Counted from the stretch's first letter, positions 10,775 to 24,408 are shown. The stretch: DNA of 64,000 bases from Eledone cirrhosa (GCA_964016885.1 OZ024765.1:20026001-20090000); one strand, 5' to 3'. The notes: a model not told the origin generated them from the letters alone. Made by a program: numbers and translations.

Positions 10775-11565
10775 GGGGGGGGGGTAGTGGTGGTGGTGGT
10801 GGTGTATTAGCGGTGGTGGTGGTGGTGTAGTGGTGGTGGTGGTGGTGGTAGTAATGTGTAGTGGTGGTGGTGGTGTAGTAGTGGTGGTGGTGGTGTATTA
10901 GTGGTGGTGGTGGTGTAGTGGTGGTGGTGGTGTAGTGGTGGTGGTGGTGGTGTATTAGTGGTGGTGGTGGTGGTGGTGGTGGTGTATTGGTGGTGGTGGT
11001 GGTGGTGTATTAGTGGTGGTGGTGGTGTATTAGTGGTGGTGGTGGTGGTGGTGGTGGTGGTGTATTAGTGGTGGTGGTGGTGTATTAGTGGTGGTGGTGG
11101 TGGTGGTGGTGGTGGTGTATTAGTGGTGGTGGTGGTGTAGTGGTGGTGGTGGTGTAGTGGTGGTGGTGGTGGTGTATTAGTGGTGGTGGTGGTGTAGTGG
11201 TGGTGGTGATGGTGGTAGTAATGTGTAGTGGTGGTGGTGGTGTAGTAGTGGTGGTGGTGGTGTAGTGGTGGTGGTGATGGTGGTAGTAATGTGTAGTGGT
11301 GGTGGTGGTGTAGTAGTGGTGGTGGTGGTGGTGTATTAGTGGTGGTGATGGTGTAGTGGTGGTGGTGTAGTAGTGGTGGTGTAGTAGTGGTTATGGTGAG
11401 GGGGTGTAGTGGTGGTGGGGGTGTAGTCGTGGTGATGTGGTGTTGGTGGGTGGTGATGGTGTGTAGTGGTAGTAGTAGTGGTAGTGGTGGTGTTATTGAT
11501 GATGGTGATGATGGTGGTGGTATGGTGTGGTGGTGATAGTGTTATTAATGGTGGTGGTAGCATGG
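10775..11565. repeat. (TGG)n-rich microsatellite, opposite polarity to 9640-10616
   Basis: Direct reading. Confidence 0.9.
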
Positions 11566-11874
11566 TAGTACATAGTTAACACAGGTGTTTCATACTACTT
11601 ATCACCCCCACCTCACCCCACATAACTACACCCACTCCCCACCACCACCACCACCACCCCAGACTACTCCCCCTTCTTCCCATGTACCCCCAACCCCCCA
11701 CGTAGCAGATTTCTCTTCAGTTGGGGCAATAACTTACAACCTTCCCAGTGTTGGAGCCACGAATGTGCACCCAGTACACTCTGTAAAGTGGTAGGTGTTA
11801 GGAAGGGCATCCAGCTTTAGAAATCTTGCCAAACAAAGGTTTGAGAGAACCCTCAGTTGTGTGAAAGACTTAAC

Positions 11875-12560
11875 AAAAAGCACCCAGTCCACTCTGTAAA
11901 GTGGTCGTGTGGGTGTCACAACAAAAAGCACCCAGTCCACACTGTACAGTGGTCATGTAGGTGTCACAACAACAACACCCAGTCCACTCTGTAAAGTGGT
12001 CGTGTGGGTGTCATGACAAAAAGCACCCAGTCCACACTGTAAAGTGGTCATGTAGGTGTCATGACAAAAAGCACCCAGTCCACACTGTAAAGTGGTCATG
12101 TAGGTGTCATGACAAAAAGTACCCAGTCCACTCTGTAAAGTGGTCGTGTGGGTGTCACAACAAAAAGCACCCAGTCCACACTGTAAAGTGGTTGTGTAGG
12201 GGTCACAACAAAAAAGCACCCAGTCCACACTGTAAAGTGGTCATGTAGGTGTCACAACAACAACACCCAGTCCACACTGTAAAGTGGTCGTGTGGGTGTC
12301 ATGACAAAAAGCACCCAGTCCACACTGTAAAGTGGTTATGTAGGTGTCACAACAAACAACACCCAGTCCACTCTGTAAAGTGGTCATGTCGGTGTCACAA
12401 CAAAAAGCACCCAGTCCACACTGTAAAGTGGTCGTGTGGGTGTCACAACAAAAAAGCACCCAGTCCACACTGTAAAGTGGTCGTGTGGGTGTCACAACAA
12501 AAAAGCACCCAGTCCACACTGTAAAGTGGTCAAAAACACCCAGTATTCACTGTAAAGTGG
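11875..12560 (+). repeat. 48-bp minisatellite (~14 copies) from the SINE/RTE-UTR internal unit
   Basis: Unit GTAGGTGTCACAACAAAAAGCACCCAGTCCACACTGTAAAGTGGTCAT. Continues into a degenerate SINE tail at 12560-12720. Confidence 0.93.
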
Positions 12561-12935
12561 TTGGAGTTATGAAGGACATCCAGCCATAGAAACCAATCCA
12601 GAAACAGTCCTGTACGAGCAGAACACGATCACCTAACCTGACTTGTCTCACAACAGGACAACTCACCTAACACATGCTAACATGGAATAATGGACATTAA
12701 AACAATGATAAAGATGATAATGCTAATACCCAGGTAAAATACAGGTTTATGTTATAAATAATATATGAAATAATAATTGCTATATTTTGTGTTACCTTAT
12801 CACCAATTTCCTCTGAGATATCCAGGTGTCTCTGGCAACAGACAATTGCATCATCAAACTTATTCAAAACTTTCAGCGTGTTTCCAAGGTTACCGCTGGC
12901 CTTGGCCTCCCCAGCTTTGTCTCCCAGTGTTCTGA

Positions 12936-12984
<49 letters not shown>

Positions 12985-13131
12985 TTTTCTTTATTAACCA
13001 CAAGGGTTTACATAAAGTAGACATTAAGGACAGTACAGGACAATACAGGACGGTACAAATGGGCATTTCTGCGTGTAAAAAAACAGAGGATGTAATAAAA
13101 TAACAAAGAAATAATAATAATAATAATAATA

Positions 13132-13565
13132 ATGGATTTTAGGATGCAGACGGACAAGAAACTGGAACACAATAGACCTGACCTGGTGGTTGTGGACAAA
13201 GAAAAACGATTGTGCCTGATTGTGGATGTGGCCTGCCCATTCGACACGAGAGTGCAAGAGAAGGAGAGGGAGAAAATTAACCGATACCAGGACTTAAAGT
13301 GGGAGGTAAAAAGGATTTGGAACTGCCATGAAGTCAAAGTGGTCCCGATTGTCATAGGAGCACTAGGTACTATCTCAAAAAGTTTCCAGGGATGGTTAAA
13401 GAAAATTGGCCCCTTCACGCTTTTTGGAACGCTTCAAAAGGCATGCTTGCTGGGAACAGCAAGAACCCTCCGATACGTCCTGAATATCTGAGGCTGCAGG
13501 TAGTGGCTTGATATTCATTTCAACAAACTTCCCAGTTAACTAACATCAATGACTGAGACTCAAAG
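13132..13565 (+). mobile_element. R4/Dong-like non-LTR retrotransposon 3' fragment (restriction-like endonuclease) inserted in (TAA)n
   Basis: WDFRMQTD..HNRPDLVVVDK...IVDVACPFD...EKINRYQDL...VVPIVIGALG...LQKACLLGTARTLR (PD..D RLE). (TAA)n on both sides. Confidence 0.9.
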
Positions 13566-13584
13566 AATAATAATAATAATAATA

Positions 13585-13752
13585 ATTGTTTCTACCTTTG
13601 GCACAAGGCCAGCAATTACTCCAGTGTATTACTGATACTTTATTTTATCAACCCCGTAAGGATAAAAGCAAAGTTAACCTCAGCGGGATTTGAACTCAGA
13701 ATGTAAGGGCTATAACTCTGTGCTACAAAGCATGGCGTCTGCCAATCCACCA
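13585..13752 (-). mobile_element. tRNA-derived SINE family 2 (Meta-domain-like body)
   Basis: Minus strand GAGTTCAAATCCCGCTGAGGTTAACTTTGC..ATCCTTACGGGGTTGATAAAATAAAG. Many copies in the window. Confidence 0.75.
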
Positions 13753-13789
13753 CTCTTATATTATATAATAACAATAATAATAATAATGA

Positions 13790-14292
13790 TTTCATTTATT
13801 AGCCACAAGGGCCGACATGTAGGGGGAGAATACAAAGACAGGGACAGTGGGTTTACAATAAGCTCCAGTAAAAGTGCTCAATGGTAAGATTCATTTAACA
13901 ATGAAAATATGAAAAATATAAAATAAACAATGCATAAATATAACAAAATAAATTCCCCAATAGAGGGGTGAACGACCCTGGAGTGACTCAGGTACCCCAC
14001 CAATCCTGAACCACCTTCTAGGGGACCTGGGGAAGGCACCCTTCTGTTTCTCAAGTTAGCTAGCCTATAGGCGCATGGCCATTCTCGCCACATTCATCCA
14101 CCTTTTAACAAATGTACTGGGGGGAGGGGCACTTCTCTCTCCACCCTCATCTTCCTTTCCAGGTGAAACTTGAAGAAGTTGATGAGGGATTGGCCGAAGA
14201 GAAAAGTGTCTGTCTTCAGTCCTTTCAATCTGGTCCACCATATAACCTCTTTCGCAACTGCCACCAGACAGAAGAAAATTGTCTGCCCTTCC
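13790..14292 (-). mobile_element. Tx1/L1-like LINE 3' fragment
   Basis: Minus frame FFCLVAVAKEVIWWTRLKGLK...LINFFKFHLERKMRVERE...FVKRW. 3' end CCTTGTGGCTAATAAATGAA next to (TAA)n. Confidence 0.65.
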
Positions 14293-14310
14293 TAACAACA
14301 ACAACAACGC

Positions 14311-14712
14311 TTTCTTTATTAACCACAAGGGTTGACATAAATATAACATTAAGGACAGCACAGGACGGTAGAAATGGGCATTTCTGCATGTAAAGAAAAA
14401 AAAACAAAGGATATGACAAAAAAAGAAAACAAAGGAAAATTCCCCAATAGGGGGAGAGACTTCCGAGGGTCACTCGTGGAGAAAGCCCATTAAAAAAGCC
14501 ACGGTGACCCTGACCACCAGGCAAAGTGTCCTCTCCCAGTTCTCCACCTTCAATTTACAGGCACATACTCAGAGCAGGCCCATTCACTGGGGCCATGCTT
14601 GTCTCTCTCACCCATCTTTCAATAAATTGCTGGGAAGAGAGAACTTCCCTCTCCACCCTGATTTTCCTTATCAAATGAAATTTGAAAAAGTCAACGAGGG
14701 CTTCGCCAAATA
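14311..14712 (-). mobile_element. Second Tx1-like 3' fragment; a short related end lies at 12985-13110
   Basis: 14590-14710 resembles 14080-14195. Terminus TTTCTTTATTAACCACAAGGG is shared with 12985. Confidence 0.6.
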
Positions 14713-14818
14713 ATTGTTTCTACTTTTAGCACAAGGCCAGTAATTACCCCAGTGTATTAATGGTACTTTATTTTATCGACCCTGCTAAGTCCTCCTCCCA
14801 GTAAAACCAGCTATGGTG

Positions 14819-17772
14819 GGATAGCTGTACCACCCTCCCAGCAATGGCTGGCTAGCTGTACCACCCTCCCAGCAATGGCTGGCTAGCTGTAGCGCCCTCC
14901 CAGCAATGGCTGGCTAGCTGTACCGCCCTCCCAGCAATGGCAGGATAGCTGTACCGCCCTCCCAGCAATGGCAGGATAGCTGTGCCACCCTCCCAGCAAT
15001 GGCAGGATAGCTGTGCCACCCTCCCAGCAATGGCAGCATAGCTGTACCGCCCTCCCAGCAATGGCTGGCTAGCTGTGCCACCCTCCCAGCAATGGCAGGA
15101 TAGCTGTACCGCCCTCCCAGCAATGGCAGGATAGCTGTGCCACCCTCCCAGCAATGGCAGGATAGCTGTGCCACCCTCCCAGCAATGGCAGGATAGCTGT
15201 AGCGCCCTCCCAGCAATGGCAGGATAGCTGTGCCACCCTCCCAGCAATGGCAGGATAGCTGTGCCACCCTCCCAGCAATGGCAGGATAGCTGTGCCACCC
15301 TCCCAGCAATGGCAGGATAGCTGTACCACCCTCCCAGCAATGGCAGGATAGCTGTACCGCCCTCCCAGCAATGGCTGGCTAGCTGTACCACCCTCCCAGC
15401 AATGGCAGGATAGCTGTACCACCCTCCCAGCAATGGCAGGATAGCTGTACCACCCTCCCAGCAATGGCAGGATAGCTGTGCCACCCTCCCAGCAATGGCA
15501 GGATAGCTGTACCACCCTCCCAGCAATGGCTGGCTAGCTGTACCACCCTCCCAGCAATGGCAGGATAGCTGTAGCGCCCTCCCAGCAATGGCTGGATAGC
15601 TGTGCCACCCTCCCAGCAATGGCAGGATAGCTGTAGCGCCCTCCCAGCAATGGCAGGATAGCTGTACCACCCTCCCAGCAATGGCAGGCTAGCTGTGCCA
15701 CCCTCCCAGCAATGGCAGGATAGCTGTACCGCCCTCCCAGCAATGGCTGGATAGCTGTGCCACCCTCCCAGCAATGGCAGGATAGCTGTAGCGCCCTCCC
15801 AGCAATGGCAGGATAGCTGTACCACCCTCCCAGCAATGGCAGGCTAGCTGTGCCACCCTCCCAGCAATGGCTGGCTAGCTGTACCACTCTCCCAGCAATG
15901 GCAGGCTAGCTGTACCGCCCTCCCAGCAATGGCAGGATAGCTGTACCACCCTCCCAGCAATGGCAGGATAGCTGTAGCGCCCTCCCAGCAATGGCTGGCT
16001 AGCTGTACCACCCTCCCAGCAATGGCAGGCTAGCTGTAGCGCCCTCCCAGCAATGGCAGGATAGCTGTGCCACCCACCCAGCAATGGCAGGATAGCTGTA
16101 CCACCCTCCCAGCAATGGCAGGCTAGCTGTACCACCCTCCCAGCAATGGCAGGATAGCTGTGCCACCCTCCCAGCAATGGCAGGCTAGCTGTACCACCCT
16201 CCCAGCAATGGCAGGATAGCTGTGCCACCCTCCCAGCAATGGCTGGCTAGCTGTACCACCCTCCCAGCAATGGCAGGATAGCTGTGCCACCCTCCCAGCA
16301 ATGGCAGGCTAGCTGTGCCACCCTCCCAGCAATGGCAGGATAGCTGTACCGCCCTCCCAGCAATGGCAGGATAGCTGTGCCACCCTCCCAGCAATGGCAG
16401 GATAGCTGTACCACCCTCCCAGCAATGGCAGGATAGCTGTGCCACCCTCCCCGCAATGGCAGGATAGCTGTGCCACCCTCCCAGCAATGGCAGGATAGCT
16501 GTGCCACCCTCCCAGCAATGGCAGGATAGCTGTGCCACCCTCCCAGCAATGGCAGGATAGCTGTACCACCCTCCCAGCAATGGCAGGATAGCTGTGCCAC
16601 CCTCCCAGCAATGGCAGGCTAGCTGTGCCACCCTCCCAGCAATGGCAGGATAGCTGTACCGCCCTCCCAGCAATGGCAGGATAGCTGTGCCACCCTCCCA
16701 GCAATGGCAGGATAGCTGTACCACCCTCCCCGCAATGGCAGGATAGCTGTGCCACCCTCCCAGCAATGGCAGGATAGCTGTGCCACCCTCCCAGCAATGG
16801 CAGGATAGCTGTGCCACCCTCCCAGCAATGGCAGGATAGCTGTACCACCCTCCCAGCAATGGCAGGATAGCTGTACCACCCTCCCAGCAATGGCAGGATA
16901 GCTGTACCACCCTCCCAGCAATGGCTGGCTAGCTGTAGCGCCCTCCCAGCAATGGCAGGATAGCTGTGCCACCCTCCCCGCAATGGCAGGATAGCTGTAC
17001 CACCCTCCCAGCAATGGCAGGATAGCTGTACCACCCTCCCAGCAATGGCAGGATAGCTGTACCGCCCTCCCAGCAATGGCTGGATAGCTGTACCACCCTC
17101 CCAGCAATGGCAGGATAGCTGTAGCGCCCTCCCAGCAATGGCTGGCTAGCTGTAGCGCCCTCCCAGCAATGGCAGGATAGCTGTACCACCCTCCCAGCAA
17201 TGGCAGGATAGCTGTACCACCCTCCCAGCAATGGCAGGATAGCTGTGCCACCCTCCCAGCAATGGCAGGATAGCTGTAGCGCCCTCCCAGCAATGGCAGG
17301 ATAGCTGTACACCCTCCCAGCAATGGCAGGCTAGCTGTGCCACCCTCCCAGCAATGGCAGGCTAGCTGTGCCACCCTCCCAGCAATGGCAGGATAGCTGT
17401 GCCACCCTCCCAGCAATGGCAGGATAGCTGTACCACCCTCCCAGCAATGGCAGGCTAGCTGTGCCACCCTCCCAGCAATGGCAGGATAGCTGTGCCACCC
17501 TCCCAGCAATGGCAGGATAGCTGTACCACCCTCCCAGCAATGGCAGGATAGCTGTACACCCTCCCAGCAATGGCAGGCTAGCTGTGCCACCCTCCCAGCA
17601 ATGGCAGGATAGCTGTGCCACCCTCCCAGCAATGGCAGGATAGCTGTACCACCCTCCCAGCAATGGCAGGATAGCTGTACACCCTCCCAGCAATGGCAGG
17701 CTAGCTGTGCCACCCTCCCAGCAATGGCAGGATAGCTGTACCACCCTCCCAGCAATGGCAGGATAGCTGTAC
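14819..17772. repeat. 31-bp GC-rich minisatellite (~95 copies)
   Basis: Unit GATAGCTGTACCACCCTCCCAGCAATGGCAG with a few recurrent variants. All overlapping ORFs are artefacts. Confidence 0.97.
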
Positions 17773-18121
17773 TTTCCAACAGCCAAAGAGATCCGATGTC
17801 ACCAATACAATATTTCATTTACAGAAAGAATTTGGGTCAACTGCAAATATGACCTTTTGTGTGTGTGTGTTGCAAATATGACCTTTTGTGTGTGTGTGTG
17901 TGTGTGTACACATATATACATATATATATGTATGTATATGTATATACATATATATCCTATCCTATTCTCAGTCATCTAGTGGGATGACCCCTTGACAATG
18001 CTAACCTTTGGTCCCTGAAATATCTTACCATAATTGTGCCCTATTAAGAAATAATTTTGGTAATCTAGAAATTTTTTCCCTTTAATCTGCAGTTTGATGT
18101 TTCCCCTTCAGTAGGATTTAA

Positions 18122-18786
18122 CCCTTTAACATTTACATTACTCTATTTATACTATTGTATTTTCACAGTAAAAGCTTTACCTCACACAATATCTCAGATA
18201 ACATTTACATTACTCTATATATACTATTGTATTGTCACAGTAAAGGCTTTACCTCACATAATATCTCACATAACATTTACATTACTCTATATATACTATT
18301 GTATTGTCACAGTAAAGGCTTTACCTCACATAATATCTCACATAACATTTACATTACTCTATATATACTATTGTATTGTCACAGTAAAGGCTTTACCTCA
18401 CATAATATCTCACATAACATTTACATTACTCTATATATACTATTGTATTGTCACAGTAAAGGCTTTACCTCACATAATATCTCACATAACATTTACATTA
18501 CTCTCTATTTACTATTGTATTTTCACAGTAAAGGCTTTACCTCACATAATATCTCACATAACATTTACATTACTCTATATATACTATTGTATTTTCACAG
18601 TAAAGGCTTTACCTCACATAATATTGAATCTAAGGTTTTGATATTATTTATTTTGAGAACAATACCTTAACATTGCGGCCGATTTGAACAGAAAGAGGTG
18701 CGAGAATTCTGGCCAGTTACAGCCAGTTGGGACAGAAAGAGGTGAGAGAATTTTAGCCGGTTACAGCCGGTTTAAATGCTAAAGGG
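18122..18786 (+). mobile_element. piggyBac-type MITE (TTAA target duplication) with ~8 internal 63-bp repeats
   Basis: TTAA|CCCTTTAACATTTA ... TAAATGCTAAAGGG|TTAA. Confidence 0.85.
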
Positions 18787-19054
18787 TTAAGAAAGTATTG
18801 CAATTGCTCCTTGATTGATGTGCTAAAAGATCAGCAAGGATTTGGTGCTGTCTACAAGTGCCATAACACAGGGTTTCGCTTGTGAAAGTATTAGGGTCAG
18901 TGTCTTCTTGCAGTATCTCATCTAACTGGGGATGTTTAAATCTCATCCATTGTCCCCAAGTAGTAGGGACCACAAGTATATATATCCTGATGATTTCCTT
19001 CAAATGAAACAGTTCTAGTCCTGTAGAAGCCATTTCTAAATCATGTGTTTATAT

Positions 19055-19100
<46 letters not shown>

Positions 19101-19159
19101 CACACACACATATACACATATATACACACACACATTACATAGACATATATATATATATA

Positions 19160-19825
19160 TATATATATATCACAATCATCCACACCACACCACCACCACC
19201 ACACCACCACTACACCACACCACCACCACCACTACGCCACTTCACCACCACCACACCACAACCACCACCACACCACCACACTTCACCACCACCACCACGC
19301 CACTATACCACTTCACCCCCACCACACCACACCACCACCACCACGCCACCACGCCACTTCACCACCACCACCACACCACAACCACCACCACACCACACAC
19401 CACCACCACCATGCCACTACACCACTTCACCACCACTACACCACACCACACCACCACCACCACCACGCCACTTCACCACCACCACCACACCACCACACCA
19501 CACACCACCACCACCATGCCACTACACCACTTCACCACCACCACACCACCACTACACCACACCACACCACCACCACCACCACGCCACTTCACCACCACCA
19601 CCACACCACAACCACCACTACACCACGCCACTACACCACACCAGTACACCACCACCACGCCACTACACCACTTCACCACCACACCACACCACTACCACCA
19701 CGCCACTACACCACCACCACCACTACACCACACCACCACCACCACGCCACTACAGCACTTCACCACCACCACACCACTACACCACCACCACCACCACACC
19801 ACAACCACCACCACACCACCCCCTA
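19160..19825. repeat. (CCA)-rich cryptic microsatellite
   Basis: Direct reading; the H/T/P ORFs are artefacts. Confidence 0.9.
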
Positions 19826-19945
19826 CAGTAACCTATAGACGTTAAATGTGTCACAAGGTCGTTTCAATTCTAAATTTCTGTGTGTTCCTCTCCTTGCATT
19901 TCCAATTTTAACAACATAGCCACTGGATACCATATCTAATTAGTG

Positions 19946-19979
<34 letters not shown>

Positions 19980-20144
19980 TAGATAGATAGAGAGAGAGAG
20001 TTAATTAATTAAGAGAGAGAAAAAAGTATGAAAGATTTTTTCATGCGATAAACGAATTGTGAACCTAGAAAGATTTAGCCTAATTATTTCACCTTTGACA
20101 CACTACAACTCTCTCTCTCTCTCCATCTCTTTATATATATATAT

Positions 20145-23100
20145 ATTTAGGTTAGTTGGTTCACCACTGGATAGAACTGGTCATTCCGTATGGTCAATAT
20201 CGATGTAATATCGAGAGTGACCGACTGAGATAGAAGCTGCTATATATATTTAGGTTAGTTGGTTCACCACTTGATAGAACTGGTCATTCCGTATGGTCAA
20301 TATCGATGTAATATCGAGGGAGACCGACTGAGATAGAAGCTGCTATATATATTTAGGTTAGTTGGTTCACCACTGGATAGAACTGGTCATTCCGTATGGT
20401 CAATATCAATGTAATATCGAGGGAGACCGACTGAGATAGAAGCTGCTATATATATTTAGGTTAGTTGGTTCACCACTGGATAGAACTGGTCATTCCGTAT
20501 GGTCAATATCGATGTAATATAGAGAGTGACCGACTGAGATAGAAGCTGCTATATATATTTAGGTTAGTTGGTTCACCACTGGATAGAACTGGTCATTCCG
20601 TATGGTCAATATAGATGTAATATCAAGGGAGACCGACTGAGATAGAAGCTGCTATATATATATATTTAGGTTAGTTGGTTCACCACTGGATAGAACTGGT
20701 CATTCCGTATGGTCAATATCGATGTAATATAGAGAGTGACCGACTGAGATAGAAGCTGCTATATATATTTAGGTTAGTTGGTTCACCACTTGATAGAACT
20801 GGTCATTCCGTATGGTCAATATCGATGTAATATCGAGGGAGACCGACTGAGATAGAAGCTGCTATATATATTTATTTAGGTTAGTTGGTTCACCACTGGA
20901 TAGAACTGGTCATTCCGTATGGTCAATATCGATGTAATATCGAGGGTGACCGACTGAGATAGAAGCTGCTATATATATTTATTTAGGTTAGTTGGTTCAC
21001 CACTGGATAGAACTGGTCATTCCGTATGGTCAATATAGATGTAATATCGAGGGAGACCGACTGAGATAGAAGCTGCTATATATATTTATTTAGGTTAGTT
21101 GGTTCACCACTTGATAGAACTGGTCATTCCGTATGGTCAATATCGATGTAATATCGAGGGTGACCGACTGAGATAGAAGCTGCTATATATATTTAGGTTA
21201 GTTGGTTCACCACTGGATAGAACTGGTCATTCCGTATGGTCAATATCAATGTAATATCGAGAGTGACCGACTGAGATAGAAGCTGCTATATATATATATT
21301 TAGGTTAGTTGGTTCACCACTGGATAGAACTGGTCATTCCGTATGGTCAATATCGATGTAATATCGAGGGAGACCGACTGAGATAGAAGCTGCTATATAT
21401 ATATATATTTAGGTTAGTTGGTTCACCACTGGATAGAACTGGTCAGTCCGTATGGTCAATATCGATGTAATATCGAGGGAGACCGACTGAGATAGAAGCT
21501 GCTATATATATATATATTTAGGTTAGTTGGTTCACCACTGGATAGAACTGGTTATTCCGTATGGTCAATATCGATGTAATATCGAGGGTGACCGACTGAG
21601 ATAGAAGCTGCTATATATATATATTTAGGTTAGTTGGTTCACCACTGGATAGAACTGGTCAGTCCGTATGGTCAATATCGATGTAATATCGAGGGAGACC
21701 GACTGAGATAGAAGCTGCTATATATATATATTTAGGTTAGTTGGTTCACCACTGGATAGAACTGGTCATTCCGTATGGTCAATATCGATGTAATATCGAG
21801 GGAGACCGACTGAGATAGAAGCTGCTATATATATTTAGGTTAGTTGGTTCACCACTGGATAGAAGTGGTCATTCCGTATGGTCAATATCGATGTAATATC
21901 GAGAGTGACCGACTGAGATAGAAGCTGCTATATATATTTATTTAGGTTAGTTGGTTCACCACTGGATAGAACTGGTCATTCCGTATGGTCAATATCGATG
22001 TAATATTGATATTGACCGACTGAGATAGAAGCTGCTATATATATATATTTAGGTTAGTTGGTTCACCACTGGATAGAACTGGTCATTCCGTATGGTCAAT
22101 ATCGATGTAATATCGAGGGTGACCGACTGAGATAGAAGCTGCTATATATATATATTTAGGTTAGTTGGTTCACCACTGGATAGAACTGGTCATTCCGTAT
22201 GGTCAATATCGATGTAATATCGAGGGAGACCGACTGAGATAGAAGCTGCTATATATATATATATTTAGGTTAGTTGGTTCACCACTGGATAGAACTGGTT
22301 ATTCCGTATGGTCAATATCGATGTAATATCGAGAGTGACCGACTGAGATAGAAGCTGCTATATATATATATATTTAGGTTAGTTGGTTCACCACTGGATA
22401 GAACTGGTTATTCCGTATGGTCAATATCGATGTAATATCGAGAGTGACCGACTGAGATAGAAGCTGCTATATATATATATTTAGGTTAGTTGGTTCACCA
22501 CTGGATAGAACTGGTCATTCCGTATGGTCAATATAGATGTAATATCGAGGGTGACCGACTGAGATAGAAGCTGCTATATATATATATTTAGGTTAGTTGG
22601 TTCACCACTTGATAGAACTGGTCATTCCGTATGGTCAATATCGATGTAATATAGAGAGTGACCGACTGAGATAGAAGCTGCTATATATATTTAGGTTAGT
22701 TGGTTCACCACTGGATAGAACTGGTCATTCCGTATGGTCAATATCGATGTAATATCGAGGGTGACCGACTGAGATAGAAGCTGCTATATATATATATTTA
22801 GGTTAGTTGGTTCACCACTGGATAGAACTGGTCATTCCGTATGGTCAATATCGATGTAATATCGAGGGAGACCGACTGAGATAGAAGCTGCTATATATAT
22901 TTAGGTTAGTTGGTTCACCACTGGATAGAACTGGTCATTCCGTATGGTCAATATAGATGTAATATCGATATTGACCGACTGAGATAGAAGCTGCTATATA
23001 TATTTATTTAGGTTAGTTGGTTCACCACTGGATAGAACTGGTCATTCCGTATGGTCAATATCGATGTAATATCGAGGGAGACCGACTGAGATAGAAGCTG

Positions 23101-23625
23101 CTATATATATATATTTAGGTTAGTTGGTTCACCACTGGATAGAACTGGTCATTCCGTATGGTCAATATAGATGTAATATCGATATTGACCGACTGAGATA
23201 GAAGCTGCTATATATATATATTTAGGTTAGTTGGTTCACCACTGGATAGAACTGGTCATTCCGTATGGTCAATATCGATGTAATATCAAGATAGAAGCTG
23301 CTATATATATATATTTAAGTTAGTTGGTTCACCACTGGATAGAACTGGTCATTCCGTATGGTCAATATCGATGTAATATCGAGGGAGACCGACTGAGATA
23401 GAAGCTGCTATATATATATATTTAGGTTAGTTGGTTCACCACTGGATAGAACTGGTCAGTCCGTATGGTCAATATCAATGTAATATCGAGAGTGACCGAC
23501 TGAGATAGAAGCTGCTATATATATATATTTAGGTTAGTTGGTTCACCACTGGATAGAACTGGTCATTCCGTATGGTCAATATCGATGTAATATCGAGGGA
23601 GACCGACTGACATAGAAGCTGCTAA
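20145..23625. repeat. ~100-106 bp satellite (~33 copies) with a variable (TA)n spacer between units
   Basis: Unit TTTAGGTTAGTTGGTTCACCACTGGATAGAACTGGTCATTCCGTATGGTCAATATCGATGTAATATCGAGGGAGACCGACTGAGATAGAAGCTGC(TA)n. Confidence 0.97.
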
Positions 23626-23805
23626 ATAGTCGGTCGTCCTCTTGTCTCTAATTTTCAGCCCCATGGATTTTATCTATTATATTCCTTTGTTATATTTCGA
23701 ATACCTGATGATGTCACCGGATTCATACTGAACTGGGTCATTGAAATGATCATACCTTTAAGGAATTACACCAGTCCAGCCTCCTGTTACTTTATATAAT
23801 ATATA

Positions 23806-24143
23806 TCATCATCATTTCATTTTACGTCCGCTTTTTCCCTGCTTGCAAGGGTGGGACGGGAACTGATTCTGGCTTGATTGCTACAGCTGGATGCCCTTCC
23901 TAATACCAACCTCATTTACAGTGAGTGCTGGGTGCTTTTTTGCCGTGGCACCGCCACGACCACTTTACTGTGGAATGATAGGGACCCCAGTCCCTATCAT
24001 CTCATTTCTACAGCTGAGTAAACTGGAGCAATGTGAAATAAAGTGTCTTGCTCAAGGAAATAACACATCACCCGGTCTGAGAATTGAACTCACAACCTTT
24101 CGATTGCAAGGCCAATGCTCTAACCACTAAGCCATGTGCCTCC
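23806..24143 (-). mobile_element. SINE family 1, full length
   Basis: Reverse complement of 1785-2110 with an extra internal segment; TA-flanked. Confidence 0.9.
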
Positions 24144-24372
24144 TATATATATATATATAGGCTTAACATTAAGAAGAAAGCAAGAACGGGGAGTTTTCCT
24201 CATCAGTTGTCTACTGGGATCTTGGATATTTCAACACTTTAAAGACAACATATCTACCCCCAGAGCGTTCAATAACTAGGTAAGTTATTGAGAAAACAGA
24301 GGAGGGAGGGAAGGAAAATAGAGAGGGGGGGAAAAAAAATATATATATATATATATATAAATAAAAACAAAA

Positions 24373-24406
<34 letters not shown>

Positions 24407-24408
<2 letters not shown>

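Noticed and set aside
18983-19025. Hammerhead CTGATGA...GAAACAGTTCTAGTC (related to 25200-25245 minus)
   Set aside because: No stem I pairing and weak stem II; at best a truncated remnant.
20145-23625. CRISPR-like repeat/spacer array
   Set aside because: Spacers are only variable-length (TA)n, units are ~100 bp, there are no cas genes and the context is eukaryotic.
24185-24236. Minus-strand GAAA...CTGATGA permuted hammerhead
   Set aside because: Could not form consistent stems I-III.
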